Shown here: positions 46,848 through 51,878 of the stretch, one piece after another
How the letters are laid out: every line of letters starts with the position of its first letter
How positions within the stretch are numbered: the first letter of the stretch is position 1
Origin: Patescibacteria group bacterium
GTDB lineage: Bacteria > Patescibacteriota > Patescibacteriia > Magasanikbacterales > GWA2-37-8
Direction: 5' to 3'
Assembly (NCBI GenBank): GCA_038065775.1
Contig: JBBTQE010000019.1
Span: 1 to 51,878 of the forward strand
Length of the DNA stretch: 51,878 nucleotides
Notes under the pieces: generated by a model
Told to the model about the DNA's origin: nothing
What the model saw: only the letters and a program-made list of their open reading frames with translations
The model's database searches: none
Program-made: the position numbers and the translations under genes

Positions 46848-47543
46848 TTAATTTAGCGCGCCATAATATTTTTCCGTGTAAAAACGAAGTAAATCCTCCG
46901 CGGCAGGCAATGCTTCTTTGTTAAAAACCGCCACTTTTAATTTTTTTTGTAAATCCTCAATTGTCCGCGCCCCTTCCAAAACCGCCTCTTCAATATCGTG
47001 ATCGGTAATATTAAAATCCGGATCAATAATCTTGGCGCCGGCGACAATTATTCTACCATGTTGGTCCGTATTGCGAAAGTAATCGTTTATCGCGGCTTGA
47101 AGCGCCTTATCTCCCAACACGGAACAATGAATTTTTCTATCCGGAAGCCCACCAAGGCGAACTAAAATATCTTGAGGTTTGATTTTAATCGCATCCTCAA
47201 TTTTCATGCCGCCGTTTTCGGTTATCATCTCGCTTAAAACCGAAGTGGAAGAAATCGCGCTGCCGCAGCCGAATGTTCTCCATCTGCACTCTTCAATCTT
47301 TTCAGTCTCTAAATCAATATTAAGCCACAAAACCATTTCGTCGCCGCATGCGGGCGAACCAACTCTACCCATGCCGTTGAATTTGAATTTTTCCTCCTCT
47401 CCATACTGCATAAAATTCCGGGGATTAAAAAAATGATCCTTCACTATATCGGAATACAGCCATCCCCCGCCGTCTCCTGAACGTATATCAACTGACTCGG
47501 AAAGGTCGTCTTTTTTTTGAGATTCATCTGGCATAATTATCAT
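46848..47543 (-). CDS. NifU/IscU-type Fe-S cluster scaffold
   Basis: It has GSPACGDEM, FGCGSAISS and HCSVL, which supply the three scaffold Cys residues. The C-terminal extension resembles a BFD-like domain but lacks its cysteines. Confidence 0.85.
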   Translation of the reverse strand: MIIMPDESQKKDDLSESVDIRSGDGGGWLYSDIVKDHFFNPRNFMQYGEEEKFKFNGMGRVGSPACGDEMVLWLNIDLETEKIEECRWRTFGCGSAISSTSVLSEMITENGGMKIEDAIKIKPQDILVRLGGLPDRKIHCSVLGDKALQAAINDYFRNTDQHGRIIVAGAKIIDPDFNITDHDIEEAVLEGARTIEDLQKKLKVAVFNKEALPAAEDLLRFYTEKYYGALN

Positions 47544-48772
47544 TTGTATCGCGCGTGAATTCGCGCCGATAAATTAACTGGTGAAATTTCACGCAAAGTT
47601 TTAATTATTCCCGGCAAATACTCCATAATATAATCAACGTCATTTTTTGAATTGCAACGACCAAAACTGAACCTCAAACTCCCGTGAGCATACTCGTAAG
47701 GCAACCCCATGGCTCTTAAAACATGCGACGGCTCCAAAGATTCCGATGTGCAAGCCGAACCCGTGGAACACATTATGCCATACTCATCCAAATATAAAAG
47801 CATCGCCTCGCCTTCAATATCCATAATTGTAATGTTTAGATTATTTGCGAGCCTGCCATCTCCAATTTCAGGTCCGTTTAACTTTACTTTTGGAATTTCT
47901 TTTTGAATCAACTCCCAAAAATATTTTGCCAATCCTCTGATTCTCTCTGATTCTTTTTGTCTATTTTGCTGAACGAGTTCAAAGGCTTTGGCCAATCCAA
48001 CAATACCTGCGACATTTTCAGTTCCAGACCTCATCTTTCGCTCCTGTCCGCCGCCAAAAATAATCGGTTTAAGCGCGACCGCCCTTCTTACATAAAGCAT
48101 GCCGATTCCTTTTGGGCCATAAATTTTCCCCGCGTTTATCGTCATCAAATCAACATGAAGTTTTTCAACATCCAAATCAAGATACCCCGCGGCCTGACAA
48201 GCGTCAGTATGAAAAAATGGATAAGGCTTGCTCGTTTCTTTTCTCAATTGAAGCAATTTACGACCGATTTCTGCGACTGGCTGAATTGAACCAACTTCAT
48301 TATTCGCGTACATTATAGTAATCAAAACAGTATCCGGCCGAACTGCCCTGATAACATCTTCCGCCTTCACAACTCCTTGTTTGTTTGTTGAAATATATGT
48401 AATTTCCCAGCCTTGTTTTCGCAATTCCTCCAGAGGATGCAGAACGGCGTGATGCTCAATCGACGTTGAAATTATATGCTTACCATGCTTCTCGTTGACG
48501 CGCGCGATGCCGAACACAGCCATATTGTCGGATTCAGTGCCGCTTCCCGTGAATATTATATTTTCCGGCAAAGCATGAATCAATCCCGCAATTTTTCGCC
48601 TGCTGTCATTAAGCACGCCATTCGCTATTCGCCCTATTCCATAAAGCGAAGATGGGTTGCCAAAATGTTCTGTAAGATACGGCTTCATCGCCAAAAAAAC
48701 GCGTGAATCAATATAAGTGGTAGCCGCGTGGTCTGCGTAGACTTCTCTAATTTTTTTCGGTTTTTTAAGCAT
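47540..48772 (-). CDS. cysteine desulfurase (NifS/IscS class)
   Basis: 410 aa. It has the PLP fold (HTDACQA, TINAGKIYGPKG) and an active-site loop STGSACTS. Confidence 0.9.
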   Translation of the reverse strand: MLKKPKKIREVYADHAATTYIDSRVFLAMKPYLTEHFGNPSSLYGIGRIANGVLNDSRRKIAGLIHALPENIIFTGSGTESDNMAVFGIARVNEKHGKHIISTSIEHHAVLHPLEELRKQGWEITYISTNKQGVVKAEDVIRAVRPDTVLITIMYANNEVGSIQPVAEIGRKLLQLRKETSKPYPFFHTDACQAAGYLDLDVEKLHVDLMTINAGKIYGPKGIGMLYVRRAVALKPIIFGGGQERKMRSGTENVAGIVGLAKAFELVQQNRQKESERIRGLAKYFWELIQKEIPKVKLNGPEIGDGRLANNLNITIMDIEGEAMLLYLDEYGIMCSTGSACTSESLEPSHVLRAMGLPYEYAHGSLRFSFGRCNSKNDVDYIMEYLPGIIKTLREISPVNLSARIHARYK

Positions 48773-48775
48773 GTT

Positions 48776-49168
48776 TTATATGGCAACCTTGACCTTTTGC
48801 AACATTTTTATTATCTGTTTATTTAATTTAACGGCAGATGATTTAAAAGCGCAACTTTTGCCGTCAAAACAAGATTTATTCAAATCACAGGCGCATGATG
48901 TCAGCGCCGGCGCTCCTTCCATTGCTTCTACAATTTTATAAAGATTAAGTTTGAAGATAGGCGCGGTAATTTTATACCCGCCATTCACTCCTTGTTCAGC
49001 TTTTATGATTCCAGCCGAATTTAATTTTCTCGCTATTTTTTGCAAAAACCAAAAAGAAATCCCTGACACATTTGAAAATTCTCGAAGGCTGATGCGCCGA
49101 TCTTTGTTCCTTATCAAGTATTGGACCAGAACCACCGCATAATCAGTTTCCTTTTTTAATTTAATCAT
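48776..49168 (-). CDS. Rrf2-family transcriptional regulator (IscR-like)
   Basis: 130 aa with a winged HTH (ISLREFSNVSGISFWFLQKIARKLNSAGII) and C-terminal Cys residues (CACDLNKSC...C). Confidence 0.8.
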   Translation of the reverse strand: MIKLKKETDYAVVLVQYLIRNKDRRISLREFSNVSGISFWFLQKIARKLNSAGIIKAEQGVNGGYKITAPIFKLNLYKIVEAMEGAPALTSCACDLNKSCFDGKSCAFKSSAVKLNKQIIKMLQKVKVAI

Positions 49169-49180
49169 AAATATTGATGA

Positions 49181-49771
49181 TTAAAAAGGCAGAGTTAAAT
49201 TAAGATTCGCGGTCGCGGAATTAGTTCTCGCGATTGGCGCGTCAAAATTAACGGCAAAAGGCAATGTTTCGCCGGTTAAAGATTTGTAAAAAAGCTGTTT
49301 ATTATTTTTCCCAAACTCATATAATTCTTTAGTGACTTTCACATCCTGCTCGCAATATTTTTTTATTTCTCCAATCTTGCCTTCTTTCCACCAACGAATC
49401 GCCTGCAAACCGTCGGCGCTTTTTGTGATGTTATCAAGCGTGGCTTCCGCGACATCGCTTAATTTTAATCTTACGCCCACATTTTCTTTTATAATTTTCA
49501 TTAAATCAAGATGGCTGATCCGCGATAAATCACCCGGGTAGTAGTTGTTTAATATTGGCAAATCAAAATGCTCGCTGTTATAGCCGATTATTCTATCGGC
49601 TTTTTCAAATATGACCCAAAGCTTTGGCAGCTCATTTTCCACAAAACTCTGATAGGAATCTGTCGCATACGAATAGATTGAAACAACCGAAATTTTAAAT
49701 TTTTTAAAATCATTCCCAACTTCGGCAAATGTGTTTTGTGTTTCAATATCAAAAACAATTTCGTTTGACAT
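49181..49771 (-). CDS. stand-alone DEDD-type 3'-5' exonuclease (RNase H-like fold)
   Basis: 196 aa with FDIETQN (ExoI), GYNSEHFDLPIL (ExoII) and YCEQDVKVT (ExoIII). Confidence 0.65.
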   Translation of the reverse strand: MSNEIVFDIETQNTFAEVGNDFKKFKISVVSIYSYATDSYQSFVENELPKLWVIFEKADRIIGYNSEHFDLPILNNYYPGDLSRISHLDLMKIIKENVGVRLKLSDVAEATLDNITKSADGLQAIRWWKEGKIGEIKKYCEQDVKVTKELYEFGKNNKQLFYKSLTGETLPFAVNFDAPIARTNSATANLNLTLPF

Positions 49772-49772
49772 A

Positions 49773-50900
49773 TTAAACTATACTAATAGAGTATGATATC
49801 TTCTCAACTTTGTCAAGTTCGGCGAGATCAATATTATTTTCCAGACGCAGAACATCATTTAACTTTGCGTTCGTTACGGGATGTTTTGCCACAAATAGGC
49901 TGCAGCAATCCTCGTATGGACGGCTTGAAATTTCCATAGTGTTTATTTTTTTTGACAAAGACATTATATCTCTTTTGTTCGCCCCAATCAATGGCGCCAG
50001 CTTCAACATCTTACTTGCGCTGTAAACAACATTCAGATTTTCCAATGTTTGCGATGCCACCTGACCGAGCGAATCGCCTGTTGCCAAAGCAAGATATTGA
50101 TCATCTGCCGCCACCAGTTCGGCAATCCTAAAAAATAACCTGCGGGTGATTATCATTCTGTACTGCGAAGGAATTTTCATTATTATCTGTTTTTGCAATT
50201 CGGCAAAAGGCACAATATATAATTTAATCCGCGGCTGAAATCCGGCAAGTTTTTTTGCCAAGTCAAATATTTTCTGCCCCACTTCCTCCTCTACTTTGGT
50301 CTGATTTTGAAAATGAATTAATCCAACTTCTGCGCCTCTCACCATCATTTTATAAGCCGCCACCGGACTATCAATGCCACCTGAAAGCAAACACAGCACT
50401 TTTCCGGACGATCCGGTTGGCAATCCGCCGGCTCCTTCAATTTTATTGACAAAAACATAGACGCACTTTTTTGACACTGAAATATGTATTGTTAAATTTG
50501 GATTTTTTAAATTTACTTTCCAACCGGTTTTTTTTTGCACATACGCGCCAATCTGATGTTCAATTTCCATGGATGAAAATTCAAATTTTTTATATGAACG
50601 CTCGGCCGATATTCGAAAACTGCCCGCGTTGGCATTATTAATCAAGCAATCAACTGCCATTTTAATTTTCCGCAGATCATGTTCGCATTTTAAAACCTCG
50701 GCAAAATTGGCAATGCCTGGCACAAACGACAATCTGCCAGTCTCTTCCTTATTAAAATCTTCAATCAAAATACCCCCCTCAACCCTGCTCGCTTTAATAT
50801 TGGTAAAAAGTTGTGAAAGATTATTTTTTAAACACCGATAAAAAAATGGCTGATTAGCGCCTTTTAAAAAAATCTCATCAATATGCAGCAGTAAATCCAT
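49773..50900 (-). CDS. thiI: tRNA 4-thiouridine(8) synthase ThiI (no rhodanese domain)
   Basis: 375 aa. An N-terminal ferredoxin-like and THUMP region is followed by the PP-loop LLSGGIDSPVA. Confidence 0.85.
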   Translation of the reverse strand: MDLLLHIDEIFLKGANQPFFYRCLKNNLSQLFTNIKASRVEGGILIEDFNKEETGRLSFVPGIANFAEVLKCEHDLRKIKMAVDCLINNANAGSFRISAERSYKKFEFSSMEIEHQIGAYVQKKTGWKVNLKNPNLTIHISVSKKCVYVFVNKIEGAGGLPTGSSGKVLCLLSGGIDSPVAAYKMMVRGAEVGLIHFQNQTKVEEEVGQKIFDLAKKLAGFQPRIKLYIVPFAELQKQIIMKIPSQYRMIITRRLFFRIAELVAADDQYLALATGDSLGQVASQTLENLNVVYSASKMLKLAPLIGANKRDIMSLSKKINTMEISSRPYEDCCSLFVAKHPVTNAKLNDVLRLENNIDLAELDKVEKISYSISIV

Positions 50901-50915
50901 AGTTTGGTTTAAGAA

Positions 50916-50944
50916 TTGACAATCCGACTTTATGGTGATTAACT
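50916..50944 (+). promoter_or_regulatory. candidate promoter of the GC-rich small ORF
   Basis: TTGACA (50916-50921), a 17-nt spacer, then the weak -10 TTAACT (50939-50944). AGGAGG lies 5 nt upstream of the ATG at 50964. Confidence 0.3.
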
Positions 50945-50963
50945 ATAGGCCGAGGAGGGATTC

Positions 50964-51179
50964 ATGGAAAATGTGGCAGCTGCGGCACTGGCCGCGATTG
51001 CAGACTCGTTGATGCGCAAGAACCGCAATTCCAGGTGTGGCGGCGCATTATGGCGCTTCGCCAATGCTGTCGATGTGACAGCGGGGAAGCTCAAAGGGCT
51101 CCCAGCCCTCGGAAGAAGGGCGCTGGCGGAGCTCAAATACATCCTGTTCGAGACCGCGCGTCCGGATAAGCGCGGCTAG
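50964..51179 (+). CDS. hypothetical 71-aa protein, possibly helix-hairpin-helix (RpoA-CTD-like)
   Basis: It has a strong Shine-Dalgarno sequence (AGGAGG) and is clearly more GC-rich than the surrounding genes. The segment GLPALGRRALAELKYIL resembles an HhH motif; this similarity is an inference only. Confidence 0.45.
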   Translation: MENVAAAALAAIADSLMRKNRNSRCGGALWRFANAVDVTAGKLKGLPALGRRALAELKYILFETARPDKRG

Positions 51180-51199
51180 AACCGCATACTCCTTCTAGC

Positions 51200-51263
51200 C
51201 TCTCTTGGCTTGCTTCTTTCAGCCAAGTTAACTTGATTAACTTAGCCGAAAGAGCCAAGAGAG
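51200..51263. repeat. 64-nt imperfect palindrome (long hairpin)
   Basis: The outer stem pairs CTCTCTTGGCT (51200-51210) with AGCCAAGAGAG (51253-51263). A middle stem pairs CTTTC with GAAAG. The inner stem pairs GCCAAGTTAA with TTAACTTAGC (one mismatch) around the loop CTTGA. Confidence 0.7.
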
Positions 51264-51268
51264 AGAAT

Positions 51269-51297
51269 ATTCAACCCCTCTAAATGAGGGGTTGAAT
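51269..51297. terminator. bidirectional rho-independent terminator between convergent genes
   Basis: ATTCAACCCCTC-taaat-GAGGGGTTGAAT is a perfect 12-bp stem. It is followed by TATTTTA on the plus strand and lies 5 nt from the P-type ATPase stop. Confidence 0.75.
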
Positions 51298-51301
51298 TAT
51301 T

Positions 51302-51878
51302 TTACTTCATTCCACCGCTCCACTTGGCAAATTGCAGAAATAAGAAGATAAATAACGCTCCCATTATTACCGGGGCAAGCATAGATAAAACATTCGCGCG
51401 ACCCGGCCTAAACCGTTTAAGCAATAAAGAATTGCTTACTACGGAAATCGAACTCATGGCCATTGCCAGTCCGGCCAATTCCGGTTTTAAAACCAAACCA
51501 AACGCCGCAAACACGCGCGCCGCGATTGGTATTCCGGCCACATTGTAAAACAAGGCAAAAAACATATTTTGTCTTATTTTTTGAACTGTCTGTTTACTCA
51601 AACTTATCGCCGTTAAAACATCGCGCAGATCGTCTTTGATAATCACAATCCCGCCGGTTTCCATAGCCACATCTGTTCCGCTTCCCATCGCTATACCCAC
51701 ATCAGCCTGAGCCAGCGCTGGAGCATCGTTTATCCCATCACCGACCATAGCTACCACCTTTCCCTCTGCCTGTAGCTTCTTGACTTCTTGAGCTTTATGT
51801 TCCGGGAGCACCTCGGCGAGGGTACGGTCAATGCCCACCTCTCGGGCAATAGCCTCGGCGGTACGCTGATTGTCTCCA
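51302..51878 (-). CDS. heavy-metal translocating P1B-type ATPase, C-terminal part (gene continues off the right edge)
   Basis: The frame is open to the window edge ([30 protein letters not shown]...). It has the hinge motif [30 protein letters not shown] and two C-terminal TM helices. Confidence 0.85.
   Translation of the reverse strand, partial: GDNQRTAEAIAREVGIDRTLAEVLPEHKAQEVKKLQAEGKVVAMVGDGINDAPALAQADVGIAMGSGTDVAMETGGIVIIKDDLRDVLTAISLSKQTVQKIRQNMFFALFYNVAGIPIAARVFAAFGLVLKPELAGLAMAMSSISVVSNSLLLKRFRPGRANVLSMLAPVIMGALFIFLFLQFAKWSGGMK

Noticed and set aside
50939-51142. 67-aa minus-strand ORF in the GC-rich cassette
   Set aside because: It has no Shine-Dalgarno sequence. Its Ala/Ser-rich translation is typical of the antisense frame of a GC-rich gene, and the plus-strand ORF has the Shine-Dalgarno sequence, promoter and terminator.

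Overview
Low-GC, very compact bacterial window with a gene repertoire typical of streamlined uncultivated bacteria such as CPR/Patescibacteria (the taxon is an inference). TGA acts as a stop codon, for example at the uppS/tagA-like ATGA overlap, so the genetic code is standard.

Most of the window is housekeeping:
- Replication and repair: def (partial), priA, a UvrD-type helicase fused to a Cas4-like nuclease, and a DciA-like protein.
- Cell envelope and division: a multidomain DD-carboxypeptidase, uppS, a TagA-family transferase, an M23 peptidase, ddl, alr, an FtsQ-like protein, mreBCD and PBP2.
- Four aminoacyl-tRNA synthetases: gltX, serS, lysS and metG.
- clpB, preceded by a perfect CIRCE operator.
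- An ADP-forming acetyl-CoA synthetase.
- A complete F1Fo ATP synthase operon (atpI-like, then B-E-F-H-A-G-D-C).
- A sulfur and Fe-S block: thiI, an exonuclease, Rrf2, nifS, nifU and a ferredoxin.

I saw no rRNA, tRNA, CRISPR array or transposase.

The most unusual signal is a family of 65-113 bp imperfect palindromes with conserved termini TGTCATYCYGA...TCRGRATGACA, eight copies in all. Four fill almost all the non-coding DNA of the atp operon. Three sit inside coding genes (tagA-like, helicase-nuclease, tatD) and are translated straight through, much like Rickettsia palindromic elements. One is a half-copy between cvpA and metG.

Secondary oddities:
- An unannotated 43-codon ORF with 11 cysteines, upstream of an ABC exporter.
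- Two visibly GC-rich patches. One holds a 5'-truncated bacterial PH-domain gene. The other holds a self-contained small ORF next to a heavy-metal P-type ATPase.
- An NTF2-like gene broken by a single in-frame TAA.
- An RdgB-NUDIX fusion.
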